A program made the translations under genes and the position numbers. A stretch of DNA of 64,000 nucleotides from Candidatus Aminicenantes bacterium (lineage in GTDB: Bacteria; Acidobacteriota; Aminicenantia; Aminicenantales; JAFGBC01). This document shows, one piece after another, positions 26,141-35,911 of this stretch (position 1 is the stretch's first letter; every line of letters starts with the position of its first letter). Below the pieces are notes generated by a model. It was not told the origin of the DNA. It saw only the letters and a list, made by a program, of their open reading frames with translations, and made no database searches. Where the stretch lies: positions 256,001-320,000 of the forward strand of contig OY969696.1 in assembly GCA_963702005.1 (NCBI GenBank). The letters are read 5' to 3'.

Positions 26141-27601
26141 TCAATCGGCCAAATGGGGGAACGTCGAGATCCCGCTCCACGCATCAAAGGGAAAGGTGTC
26201 GACGATCAGGTTGTTGACGACGGCTAACGGCCCGCCGGGAAAGACGAAAATGATCGGCCTGCGGCCATATTGGACACCGATGGACCCCTTCGTAACATAC
26301 TTGTTCTTCAGCGCCACGCCTCCGGTCCGGGCGTTGATATCGTAGAGGGAGAATTGCTGTTCGCTGGGATGATCGGCCATATAATCGTCTTTCTTCACGA
26401 GGTTAGTCGTGTGGATTCTCGACAGGAAGAGCTGCGGCGTCCCGGAGGCTGCGGAAGCGACGATCGGCGAGAACGAGTCATATTCGTAATAGATCTCATA
26501 GGCCGGATCATAGGCAAGTCTATGCGCCAGAGTGCTGATGGCCAGCGTCTTGGTCTGAACGGTGTGGCCCTCGGAGTTGAGCCGGACAAGGCTGAATCCG
26601 AATTGATATTTGTCCAGCTTTCGCTGGGCTTGGGAAATCGCCTTGGCTGTTTTTATGAACAGCCACTGGTCCGTCGTTGATCCGGGATAAGGCGCAAGCG
26701 CCAGATCTCCGAAGGTCATCGACGTATCCTTGCTGTATTTGATCTGGGTGAGAAGGACTACTGGCTGAGAGGTGTCGCTGCCGATGGCGAGTATCGAGGT
26801 TTCGCCGAGATAGATGTCATCCTCCCCGCCGGGGCTCAGGTAAACATAATCCGAGACCGGGACCAGCCAATAACTGCCGTTCCAGGCGGGGCGATAGACC
26901 GAGCAACCTACGAGGCTCCCATCGCCATAGACGGGGGTCGAGATGAGGGAATGCGTCGGCTGGCCGTTTTTGATGTTGGCCTCGAAGAAATAGACCAAGG
27001 ATTTCTGATTCCGCCATGGCTCGGCGTAGGCAACCCAGACGCTGAAGACGACCCCGATGAGGTCGCCCCTGTTGGTGGCGTTCAGCCGGGCGTCGACCAC
27101 GTAAGTGTTTTGCGGCGTGCTCAGATTCCAGATCTCTTTCCAGCCGCTCGTCCGTTGGCCCGACGCGTTGAATTTGGCGATCCGGAGCGACAGCGCCGAC
27201 CATTCGGGGTTGCTGTGCGCGGTTTCGAACAGGGCGTAGACCAACCCATAGCCGGATCCGCTGGAGGTAATCCAGAGCGCGGCGATTTTTCGGATCTCTC
27301 CCATCCCCGAGCCGAACATCCGGCCGCGGGTCGTGACGCCGCTGCCCGTCAGCTGGTAGGTGAGAAGGCTGTTGACAAAGCCGGTTGAGGTCATATTGCC
27401 GGCAAAGGCCACGCCGGAGGATTTCGAAACCGGGACCATATCATAGATCCCCGCGCTATGGCTGAAGCCTTGCGGAAAAAACCACGTGACCCGATAATCG
27501 GGCACGGCGCCGTCGTTTGGCGGAGCCGCCGGTCGCACGCCCGGCAGGAGAATTCCCCCCATTAACATGAGGATTGCGATCCCGCCCATAAACTTCTTCA
27601 T
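26141..27601 (-). CDS. Secreted protein family A, copy 3 (unknown, beta-rich)
   Basis: SD then MKKFMGGIAILML signal peptide; clear paralog of copies 1 and 2. Confidence 0.78.
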   Translation of the reverse strand: MKKFMGGIAILMLMGGILLPGVRPAAPPNDGAVPDYRVTWFFPQGFSHSAGIYDMVPVSKSSGVAFAGNMTSTGFVNSLLTYQLTGSGVTTRGRMFGSGMGEIRKIAALWITSSGSGYGLVYALFETAHSNPEWSALSLRIAKFNASGQRTSGWKEIWNLSTPQNTYVVDARLNATNRGDLIGVVFSVWVAYAEPWRNQKSLVYFFEANIKNGQPTHSLISTPVYGDGSLVGCSVYRPAWNGSYWLVPVSDYVYLSPGGEDDIYLGETSILAIGSDTSQPVVLLTQIKYSKDTSMTFGDLALAPYPGSTTDQWLFIKTAKAISQAQRKLDKYQFGFSLVRLNSEGHTVQTKTLAISTLAHRLAYDPAYEIYYEYDSFSPIVASAASGTPQLFLSRIHTTNLVKKDDYMADHPSEQQFSLYDINARTGGVALKNKYVTKGSIGVQYGRRPIIFVFPGGPLAVVNNLIVDTFPFDAWSGISTFPHLAD

Positions 27602-27748
27602 TTCCGCTTCCCTCCTCGGACTCAATTTATCCTTGCTCGGAAGAATACACTGGCAGGGCCTCAAAGTAAAGACAGTTTCTCGATCTCCCCGGCGCGGAGG
27701 GTCCGAGGGCGGCCGCGGCGGATCGCCTCCGCCGCCGGCCGGGACGCG

Positions 27749-29302
27749 TCAGCGGGCGGTCACATCCGAGACCTTGATGCCGTGGATGTCGAGGCTCGAG
27801 CCGACCGACCTCTCGTAGCGAGCCCAGGACAGATTGTAGTCGATGAGGGACTTGATCTCCATGGACCGGGCGTTGGCCAGCTCCTCTTGGTACTGGAGGA
27901 CGAAATAATTCGTCGTCAGCCCGACCCGGAGCTTCTTCTCCTCGGCCTCGAGGCGCTTCTCGGCCAGCTCACGGGCAAGCTTGTAGGCGTTGACCCGCTT
28001 GGCGTCGGTCTCGATGCTCCGGACGGCGTCCAAGACCTCGAGCATCACTTGCTGTTCCTGGGCCTTGAGCCGGGCCATGTTCTGGCCGAGGTCAAGCTTG
28101 GCCTGGGCGTACTGAGACCGGGTCAGGAAATTCGACAGGGGGAGGCTCAGGGTCAGCCCGACCGTCCAGTTGTTGTAGAGGAGCCTCATCGCGTCGCGCA
28201 GGGAACCGGAAGCGCTCCCCTTCTCCTTCCCGATGATGACCCCCAGGAACGGATTATCGTCGAGATATTTGATCCGGTCGCCCGAGATGCCGGGGCTCCA
28301 GTAGGAAACCTGGAGGTCCAGCCCGGGGAGCATCTGGTTGCGGGCGACGCTGAAGTTGATCTCGCTCGACTCGATCGTCTTACGCGACGACTCGAGGTCG
28401 GGCCGCCGTGACAGGGCCTCGCTCAAGGCCGCGTCGAGCGAAACGTCCTTTTTCTCGAAGGAGGGCTTATCGGCGGGGATGATCCGCCGGGCCGCCTCGT
28501 CCCTCGACAGGTTAACGATGCTCTTGAGGACGTCCTCGCTCCGCGTGATCAGGGATTCGGCCTGGAGGATGTCGGCCTCCCGCTGAGCGACGACCGCTTC
28601 GGCGTTCAGGACCTCAAGCGGGGCCAGCACTCCGACGTCGACTTCCTTGCGGCTCTTGGCCAGGAGGTCCCGCGCGAGCTGGAGGGACTGCTGGTTGACC
28701 TTGTAGCTCTCAATAGCATAGACGAGGTTCCAGTAAGCCTCCTGGACCTGGTAGAGCGTGTCCTGGAGGGTCGTCCGGAGCTGGCTGCGCGAGATGTCCA
28801 GGTTGTTCTGGGCGATCAGGATTTCCCTCCGGCTGACCTTGAACCCGAAGTTGCGGAGGAGGGGCTGGGTGATGTCGAGGCGGAGCGTGCTGCCGTAGCG
28901 GGGGTTGATGAGCTGGAAGGACTCGTTCGTCTCGGACCGGTAGCTGGCCAGGGACAGCGAAATGTCGGCGCCGCTCGGGACCCGCTGCACGAGGGTCGCC
29001 CCGTAGTCTTTCTGATTGGTTTTGATCGTCCCCGCGCCCTGGAGCCACCAGTAGGGAGGGTTCTCGTTCTTCTGGGAGTTATAGGTGAGGTCGAGCCGGG
29101 GCAGGAAGGCTTCCTTGGCCAGGGACACGCCGGCATCGGCGAGCTCGGGGCCGTAGTAAGAAACGGCCACATTGAGGTTGTTCTTGAGGGCCTTGAGGAT
29201 GGCGTCTTCGAGCGAAAGCGTCAGGCCTTTTTGGTCCTGGCCGAATCCCGTTCCCAGGGCCGTCAGGAAAACGATCGAACACAGTGCGATGGTCTTTTTC
29301 AC
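27749..29302 (-). CDS. TolC family outer membrane protein (orphan)
   Basis: LSLEDAILKALKNN, ITQPLLRNFG, AYWNL, RNQMLP.LDL, AEEKKLRVGLTTN. GTG start after AGGAGG. Confidence 0.9.
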   Translation of the reverse strand: MKKTIALCSIVFLTALGTGFGQDQKGLTLSLEDAILKALKNNLNVAVSYYGPELADAGVSLAKEAFLPRLDLTYNSQKNENPPYWWLQGAGTIKTNQKDYGATLVQRVPSGADISLSLASYRSETNESFQLINPRYGSTLRLDITQPLLRNFGFKVSRREILIAQNNLDISRSQLRTTLQDTLYQVQEAYWNLVYAIESYKVNQQSLQLARDLLAKSRKEVDVGVLAPLEVLNAEAVVAQREADILQAESLITRSEDVLKSIVNLSRDEAARRIIPADKPSFEKKDVSLDAALSEALSRRPDLESSRKTIESSEINFSVARNQMLPGLDLQVSYWSPGISGDRIKYLDDNPFLGVIIGKEKGSASGSLRDAMRLLYNNWTVGLTLSLPLSNFLTRSQYAQAKLDLGQNMARLKAQEQQVMLEVLDAVRSIETDAKRVNAYKLARELAEKRLEAEEKKLRVGLTTNYFVLQYQEELANARSMEIKSLIDYNLSWARYERSVGSSLDIHGIKVSDVTAR

Positions 29303-29383
29303 GTCAGTCCTCCTCGCGTACGGTGGCCCCCGTGGGCCCATCTGACAAGACGAAAACGGACAAATTCGCGCTCATCTTTAATT

Positions 29384-29412
29384 ATATACGCAGGAGCGGC
29401 GCCCGAGTTCAC
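29384..29412 (-). promoter_or_regulatory. Candidate ECF-type promoter for the TolC gene
   Basis: GTGAAC-N16-CGTATAT, matching the AAC...CGT form of ECF promoters. Confidence 0.5.
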
Positions 29413-29481
29413 GGAAACGCGATCCGGCCGCCCGTCGCCCCGCCTTGACAATCCGGCCGGACTCCGCTAATAGTCAGACAG

Positions 29482-31866
29482 ATGAGAAAGGCGATCATTC
29501 GCTTCGGACCGGGAGCGCTGATCCTGTCGCTGGTCCTGAGCCTTTATATCCTTTTTCTGAGACAGGCGCCCCGGTTCACGATCGACGCCCATTCGCTCCG
29601 GATCTCGCCCTTCTCTCTGCTGAGCCGTGGCCTTATCCTCCTCGTCTTCCTCGTCATCCTCTGGGAAGGTTATTCCCGGGGAACCGCGGCGCTCCTCCAT
29701 CTCAGGCCGGACGAAGTCCTGGCCCGGGACCGGCTCAGCTATATACCTCTGCTGTTCCTGGCGCTTGTCCCGCTGGTTTCCCTCCACTACATCGGCGCGA
29801 ATGACCTGACCGATCGGATCTGCCTTTTCGGCCTGGCGGCCCTGGCGGCGGTCCTTTATCTCAAGGCCGTCCAGCTCGCCCGCCTCTCGACGGCCCCCGA
29901 ATCGCCGCTTCAAACTTGGCCGGCGCGTCTCAAGCGTCTTGCGTTGAGGAAAAAACTCGTCCTGCTGTTCGCGGCCGGCCTCCTCCTCATGAACCTCGGC
30001 TCCCTCAAGCTTCTTCGGGAAGGGAACACGTTCACGGGCGACGAGCCCCACTACCTGCTCATCGCCCACAGCCTGCTCGCGGACGGCGACCTCGACCTCG
30101 CCAACAACTATGCTGAGAAAGACTACGAAGCCTACATGCCGGCCGGCGTCGTCCTCGATCCTCATACCGTGCCCGGCGCGAAGCCGGGAAGCCGGTATTC
30201 CTTCCATTCCCCGGGAACCGCCTTTTACCTCCTGCCCTTCTACGCCCTGGGCAGGCTCTTCGGCCGGGACGGCCTCGTCCTCTTCGTCCGGTTCGGAATG
30301 AGTCTCATCGGCGCCCTGTTCGGCCTTCAGCTGTTCCTGTTTGCCCGCTGGGAATGGGGCCGCGAATCCCTGGCCTTCTGGCTCTGGCTCTTGGTCTCCT
30401 TCTCGACGCCCGTCTATTTCTATTCCATCCATGTCTACGCGGAGCTCTTCGTCGGATTGTTCGCCCTGACCATCTTCAGGCACTTCCGTCACAAGCGTCC
30501 GCTGCCGGCCGGGAAGCTTCTCGTCTGCGGATTGCTCTTGTCCTTCTTCCTCTGGTTCCATGCCCTGAAATATCTTTTTCTGCTCGCCCCCTTCGGCCTG
30601 TACGCCGTCTGGGTTCTGGTCCGGAGGCAGCGGAACTTCAGGAGTCTGGCGAGCTTCCTCGTTTTCCCGGTGACGATCACCGGCCTCTACTTCGTTTTCC
30701 AAAAAGTCTTCTACGGCTCCATCTCCCTATCGACGGTCTCCTGGAGAGGAAGCCTGGGGACGGGAGAGAGCCTGTCCTATCTCAAGTGGCTCCTGACCGG
30801 CATACCCTTCCGTTTCCGCTGGGAAACGCTGGCGGGCTATTTCCTCGACCAGCGAGATGGCCTCCTGCTCTACGCGCCCATCTTTTTTTTCGCGTTCCTG
30901 GGGATCATCGAAATGGCGCGGCGCCGTTTCAAGGGACTCCTCGTCCTCCTCTTCCTGACGGCGCCCTACGTCTTCGTCTCGGCCTTCCTGACCCAGCGGG
31001 CGGGCTACGCCCCCCAGGCGCGGCCGCTGGTGTCGGTCATTTGGGCTCTGGCCGTTCCCGTCGGCTATTTTCTTGCCTATAACGCCAAGACTCTATTTCT
31101 CCGGCTCTTCAATATCGCGGCCGGCCTCGGATTCTTCTTTGTCTGGCTTCTCCTCCAGAATCCGCTCTTCCTTTATCAGGAAACGACCCAGGGGACGACC
31201 GAGCGGGGCGGAGGGATTTTCTATGTTCTCAGCAACTTGCACTTCCGCCTTCCGGACTTTCTCCCCTCCTATATCAAGGTCGAGGAAACCGGCTGGCTCC
31301 CGAACACGGTCTGGATCGGAATCCTGGCCGTCTTTGTCATCGCCTATCTTCTCATCCGGCCGCGGCCGCCGGAGAGGAAGGCCGCGATTCCGATGCCGCT
31401 CCACGTCGCGTTCGCCTCGGGCGCTCTCGTGCTCGTCTTTTTCTGGATCGCCTTCTATCCCCGGCTCGTCCTGTATACGCCCGTCAAAGTCGCCTTCACC
31501 TCCAGGGAGAGAATCACGTTCTATTCGCTGTCCCGGGTGGCCCGGATGAAGGAACCGGGACGGTTCGCCCTTCTCGAGGATAACCGTTCCTACACATTCA
31601 CCTTCACCTCCCCGCGCCGGCTCCAAGAATTGAACCTCGAAGTCGGCTCGGAGCAGGGGGATTACCGGACCAGGCTGATCCTTTTCGATAAGCCCGTTTT
31701 CGACGAAGAAACGCGGCGGGAGTTCAAGACCGTCTCGATCCCGGCGCCCCCTTCCTACAAGCTCGGAAAGCTCAGTCTCTACATGGTCACGATCGAACTC
31801 GAGCGCCGCTCGGACGTCGAGACCGCCCTCAATCCCTTCCTGTTCGCCCTCCGACCGGTCAGCTGA
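29482..31866 (+). CDS. Polytopic GT-C-fold glycosyltransferase-like membrane protein, copy 1
   Basis: Many TM helices; loop motif FTGDEPHYL...DGDLDLANNY; YFLDQRDGLLLYAP; GYAPQAR. 794 aa. Confidence 0.7.
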   Translation: MRKAIIRFGPGALILSLVLSLYILFLRQAPRFTIDAHSLRISPFSLLSRGLILLVFLVILWEGYSRGTAALLHLRPDEVLARDRLSYIPLLFLALVPLVSLHYIGANDLTDRICLFGLAALAAVLYLKAVQLARLSTAPESPLQTWPARLKRLALRKKLVLLFAAGLLLMNLGSLKLLREGNTFTGDEPHYLLIAHSLLADGDLDLANNYAEKDYEAYMPAGVVLDPHTVPGAKPGSRYSFHSPGTAFYLLPFYALGRLFGRDGLVLFVRFGMSLIGALFGLQLFLFARWEWGRESLAFWLWLLVSFSTPVYFYSIHVYAELFVGLFALTIFRHFRHKRPLPAGKLLVCGLLLSFFLWFHALKYLFLLAPFGLYAVWVLVRRQRNFRSLASFLVFPVTITGLYFVFQKVFYGSISLSTVSWRGSLGTGESLSYLKWLLTGIPFRFRWETLAGYFLDQRDGLLLYAPIFFFAFLGIIEMARRRFKGLLVLLFLTAPYVFVSAFLTQRAGYAPQARPLVSVIWALAVPVGYFLAYNAKTLFLRLFNIAAGLGFFFVWLLLQNPLFLYQETTQGTTERGGGIFYVLSNLHFRLPDFLPSYIKVEETGWLPNTVWIGILAVFVIAYLLIRPRPPERKAAIPMPLHVAFASGALVLVFFWIAFYPRLVLYTPVKVAFTSRERITFYSLSRVARMKEPGRFALLEDNRSYTFTFTSPRRLQELNLEVGSEQGDYRTRLILFDKPVFDEETRREFKTVSIPAPPSYKLGKLSLYMVTIELERRSDVETALNPFLFALRPVS

Positions 31867-32629
31867 ATATCCGGAACTTGAGAATCCCCTTCTTGTGGAG
31901 CTTGAACTTGAGGAGCGTCAAGAGGATGGACAAGCCATAGACGACGCTCCGCCCAAATCCGATCCGGGAGGCCTCCTCGAAGTAGCGGGTCTCGATCGGG
32001 ATCTCCTTGATCCTCATTCCGTGGATGACGCCCTGGGCGATGATCTCCGAGTCGAAGACGAAGTCGTCGGAGTTCGCTAAGAAATTCACGGCTTCGAGGT
32101 AGCGGCGCGAATAAGCCCGCAGGCCCGAATGGTACTCGGTCAAGTACATGTAAAAGACGGCGTTCTCGACGGCCGTCAGGAAGATGTTGGCGAAATATTT
32201 CCACTTGGGCATCCCGCCCTCGAGGGGCCGGCCGCCCAGCATCCGCGACCCGAACACGGCGTTGCACTCGCCCTCGAGGAGGGGCTGGACGAGCTGGGGA
32301 ATGACCGTCGGGTCGTACTGGTGGTCGGGATGGACCATGACCATGATCTGGCCGCCTAGCTTGAGGGCTTCCGTGTAGCAAGTTTTCTGGTTCCCGCCGT
32401 AGCCGCGGTTCCGGTCGTGGACGAAGACGCGCAGGCCAAGACGGCGGGCGAGCGCGGCCGTTCCGTCCCGCGAGCAGTCGTCGACCAGGATGATCTCGTC
32501 GACCCAGCCGCGCGGGATATCGTCGAGCGTCCGCTCGAGGGTTCTTTCGGCGTTATAAGCCGGCATGACCACGACGACCTTAAGGCCCCTTTTGCTTTTC
32601 CCGGACTGCCCGGTTTTTTTGATCGTCAT
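31859..32629 (-). CDS. GT2 polyprenyl-phosphate glycosyltransferase (DPM1-like)
   Basis: VMPAYNAE, LVDDCSRD, NRGYGGNQK, VHPDHQY, FGSR, LTEYHSG, FVFD, EIPI.TRY. Confidence 0.88.
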   Translation of the reverse strand: MTIKKTGQSGKSKRGLKVVVVMPAYNAERTLERTLDDIPRGWVDEIILVDDCSRDGTAALARRLGLRVFVHDRNRGYGGNQKTCYTEALKLGGQIMVMVHPDHQYDPTVIPQLVQPLLEGECNAVFGSRMLGGRPLEGGMPKWKYFANIFLTAVENAVFYMYLTEYHSGLRAYSRRYLEAVNFLANSDDFVFDSEIIAQGVIHGMRIKEIPIETRYFEEASRIGFGRSVVYGLSILLTLLKFKLHKKGILKFRIFS

Positions 32630-32739
32630 GCGGATCTCGGGACTTCTTTTTTATACCATATTTCGGGATTCGCTGAAACCCAAAGCCCGCGAATGCCCCC
32701 TTCGGAGCCGTCCCGGCTGCGGCCGCTCGAAACGAGCGG

Positions 32740-32876
32740 CTATTTGTAGATCAGGCCCCAGCTCTCGTTGGTGGAGGTTGCCATCCGCTCGATCTCATAA
32801 GCGGCCAGATAGGAATTGTCCCAGCTGTTATGGACCATGATGTCCAAAAACATCCATGCGCTCGGGTCTCACGCAT
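32740..32876 (-). pseudogene. Remnant of secreted protein family B, copy 3 (start codon fused to the last 42 codons)
   Basis: AGGAG-aaa-ATG CGT GA is followed directly by DPSAWMFLD...YLAAYEIE...ESWGLIYK*, which matches the C-termini DPTIGMI...DWGLIYK* and DPKVGMI...EAWGLTYK* of the two upstream paralogs. Confidence 0.8.
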
Positions 32877-33016
32877 TTTCTCCTGGTTCAGAACTCGGAC
32901 GTCCTGTTCGGAACGCCCATCATAACAAAAACAGCGGCACCCGCCCAGGAAAAAGAACGCCGGGCTTGAATGAAGGATCCGGATCCGCCGGAAGGAACGA
33001 GGGACGCTGCGGGGGA

Positions 33017-34384
33017 TTACTTGTAAATCAACCCCCAGTCTTCGAAATGAGCTTCAGAACTCAAGTAAATAATCATGTAAGTGATCAGGAAGCTTTTATC
33101 CTTGGCCCGGAATGTCAGGCCTCCTGGGATCATCCCGATCGTCGGGTCGAGGAAGGTCATCGTCAGGGGAATCGGGGCGACGACATAGTTCCCCTGCTTG
33201 TCCTCGAGACGCCCCCGCTCGTCCATATAGAAGCCCCACAGCTTCCCGCCGAAAAATTGACGCAAGGGCTTCTGGCTGCTCATGATCTTGTACTCGGAGC
33301 AGACCAGGAAGAACCTCTTCTCGGACTGGACGTACTGGACCAGGGGCTGCATCTGGAACGCCTCCCGCTTGGGGATCTTCAGAACCGCGCTCTTAAAGAC
33401 GCCGCCCGTATCCATCATCCGATAGCAGTTCTCCAGATATGTGATAGAGCCTTGGCTGGGATTGTCGGCGGAATTCCAGGATAGAAGGACAATGCCGTGA
33501 TCCTGGTCCAGGGCCGGCTGGACGTAGCCAAGAGACTTTAGTGTTCCGCCGGGATAAATCAGGCCGTTCGCGCCGTAATTCGTGAGCACCCGGCCCTTGA
33601 AGTCCGTGAACCAAACGACGGGTTTCACGTTTCCGCCCGGGGCGTCGTCGGCGCTCCCCCACAGGATTTTGTCCTCGAGGGGCAGGAGGAAGGCGGGATG
33701 GCCCTGGACCATGGTCTGCTGTCTGACCAGTCTCGGCCCGATAACCTTCTTGAAGTTCCGGTCGTAGACAGCCAGGTATTGGCCGTTGCGGGCGTCGCCG
33801 GCGTCTAGGAGTATGCAGCTCCACTGGACGACGAACTGGTTGGAGGCGGGGAGCCAGACGACTCTCACCGGCCCCGCCGTATATTCTCCCGACTTCGGCT
33901 TGATGATAAAGGGCGTCGCCTTTCCGCCGCGCGGCAGGCCGCGGCCGTCCAGGGCCAGGCCGTAGATTTGATCATCCGCCCCATCCGTCCCGACCATGAA
34001 GATCGTATTGTCCCGGCCGTTATAGCCCAGGCCCGTTTCTCCGATCGAATCGGGCTCATTCTCCCAGATTTTCTGCCAGGCGCTCGCCGGCTGTCCTTTC
34101 GGGTTGAGCTGGCGGCTATAGATGTTATCGGCGGCCGCTGTTCTCTCAAACAGAAATACGATATGGCGGTCGAGGACGGGATTGTAGACGCCGCCAATGA
34201 GCAGGAAACCGCTCTGGCGAAGGGGCGAGATCTGGAAGGCCTGGGGAAGGTCGGGAGGACTCCACGGCTCCATAAAGCGCGGACCGGCCGAGGCCCTCGA
34301 CGCCGAGTCCCGGGCCGCCGATGATCCTCCAGCCAAAGATATCGAACAAACAATGACTAGAAGGGCGGTAAGCGAGATTTTCAT
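33017..34384 (-). CDS. Secreted protein family B, copy 2 (unknown, beta-rich)
   Basis: Signal peptide; 455 aa; paralog of 34407-35774 (PRFM.P.SPP.LPQAF, KPVVW.TDFKG, GGKLWGFYMD). Confidence 0.78.
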   Translation of the reverse strand: MKISLTALLVIVCSISLAGGSSAARDSASRASAGPRFMEPWSPPDLPQAFQISPLRQSGFLLIGGVYNPVLDRHIVFLFERTAAADNIYSRQLNPKGQPASAWQKIWENEPDSIGETGLGYNGRDNTIFMVGTDGADDQIYGLALDGRGLPRGGKATPFIIKPKSGEYTAGPVRVVWLPASNQFVVQWSCILLDAGDARNGQYLAVYDRNFKKVIGPRLVRQQTMVQGHPAFLLPLEDKILWGSADDAPGGNVKPVVWFTDFKGRVLTNYGANGLIYPGGTLKSLGYVQPALDQDHGIVLLSWNSADNPSQGSITYLENCYRMMDTGGVFKSAVLKIPKREAFQMQPLVQYVQSEKRFFLVCSEYKIMSSQKPLRQFFGGKLWGFYMDERGRLEDKQGNYVVAPIPLTMTFLDPTIGMIPGGLTFRAKDKSFLITYMIIYLSSEAHFEDWGLIYK

Positions 34385-34406
34385 GGAGTTCCGGGTTTCT
34401 GGCCGT

Positions 34407-35774
34407 CTATTTATAGGTCAGTCCCCAAGCTTCTGATGTCTGGCCCAAGACCTGCTCCAACTCGTAGGCGACGAACAGCGCGCCCTCCCGGGCCGGTCCC
34501 GTCAGAGACTGCAGGATCATCCCGACCTTGGGATCCGTGAACGTCCCGGTCAGCGGGACGGGAACGGCGGCCGCCCCCCCCGCCTTGGTCACCAGGTTTC
34601 CCCGGGAATCCATGTAAAAGCCCCAGAGCTTGCCCCCGTAATCGATAAGCCTCGGATTAATCGTGCCGACGTCCTGATATTCCGGGCAGACCAGAAAATA
34701 CCTTTTTTCGGAGGCAAGATACATGGTCCGGGGCGCGGTCTGGAAAGGCTGTTTTTTGGGGATTTTCCGGATAGCGTTCAGGAAGCTCCCATCAGAATTC
34801 AGGAGGCGGTAGTGGTTTTCCGCCTTTGTCTGGTCCCAGGGGAATAGCTGGTCCGCGGCGTTCCAGACAAGGAGGACCGTACCCGTGTTGGTATCCAGGA
34901 CAGGGTGGACGTATCCGCTGTATCCCCCGGCCGGTTCCGGGTAGGCGAAACCCTCCGCCCCGAATCCGGTCTGGATTTTGCCTTTGAAATCCGTAAGCCA
35001 AACGACGGGTTTGAGCTTCGTCCCAGCCCCGTCCTCGGCCGATCCCCAGAGCAGGCCGTTTGCGAGAGGACAGAGATAGGAGACGCAGTTGTTGTTCTTG
35101 GCCGTCTGCTGTCGGACGTGGCGCGGTCCCGCGACGCGGACGAAATCCTTATCGTAGACGGACAGGTAGTGCCCGTTGAGGGGGTCGAGCGGCTTTTCCC
35201 ACCAGGAGTGCCCCCAGGTCACCGCGTATTGGTTCGTGGCCGGTATCCAGTAGACTTTGGGGATTAATCCCGAGTATACCGTCGAGTGCGGCTTGATTTC
35301 GATTATGGTCAGCACCCCGCCCGGAAGGCGGCCGGAGCCGTCGAGAGGAATGCCTCTGATCTCGTCGTAGGTGCCCTCGCCCCCGACCAGAAAGATCTCG
35401 TCTTCGACGGGATTGTAGGCGAAGCTGAGCCGGCCCATGGTCTTGGGATTCGCATCAAAAAGCTTGACCGGGCTTCCCAACGCCCGACCTTGTGCGTCGA
35501 AGACGCGGCTGTAGACGGTATCCCGGGCAAAGCTCTCGATGTAGAAAGCTATGAAGCGGTCGGTCCGGGAATTATAGACGGCGTCCAGGTAGTAAAACTT
35601 CCCCTTGTACGGCGGCGTGATCCGGAAGGCTTGGGGAAGGGCGGGCGGACTCCCCGGCTTCATAAAGCGCGGGGCGGCCGCAGCGCTCGACGCGGCCCTG
35701 GGATAAGGGATGACTCCTCCGGCCAAGAGTAATAAGAACAGCGCGGAGATCACGGAACGAGGCCGAACTTTCAT
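34407..35774 (-). CDS. Secreted protein family B, copy 1 (unknown, beta-rich)
   Basis: SD AAGGAG; signal peptide; 455 aa; paralog of 33017-34384. Confidence 0.78.
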   Translation of the reverse strand: MKVRPRSVISALFLLLLAGGVIPYPRAASSAAAAPRFMKPGSPPALPQAFRITPPYKGKFYYLDAVYNSRTDRFIAFYIESFARDTVYSRVFDAQGRALGSPVKLFDANPKTMGRLSFAYNPVEDEIFLVGGEGTYDEIRGIPLDGSGRLPGGVLTIIEIKPHSTVYSGLIPKVYWIPATNQYAVTWGHSWWEKPLDPLNGHYLSVYDKDFVRVAGPRHVRQQTAKNNNCVSYLCPLANGLLWGSAEDGAGTKLKPVVWLTDFKGKIQTGFGAEGFAYPEPAGGYSGYVHPVLDTNTGTVLLVWNAADQLFPWDQTKAENHYRLLNSDGSFLNAIRKIPKKQPFQTAPRTMYLASEKRYFLVCPEYQDVGTINPRLIDYGGKLWGFYMDSRGNLVTKAGGAAAVPVPLTGTFTDPKVGMILQSLTGPAREGALFVAYELEQVLGQTSEAWGLTYK

Positions 35775-35854
35775 TGTTTCCTCCTTGGTGTTGATATTAT
35801 ACTCAAGCCGAGCCGCCGTTCAATTAGGAATATATCGGAACACCCTCATAATTA

Positions 35855-35883
35855 TTGACAATCCGCGCCGCCGGTGCTATAAA
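35855..35883 (+). promoter_or_regulatory. sigma70 promoter for the cysteine synthase-family gene
   Basis: TTGACA-N17-TATAAA with an extended -10 TG. Confidence 0.7.
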
Positions 35884-35911
35884 ACGCCTTTTGGCGGGAA
35901 GGGAAATAAGC

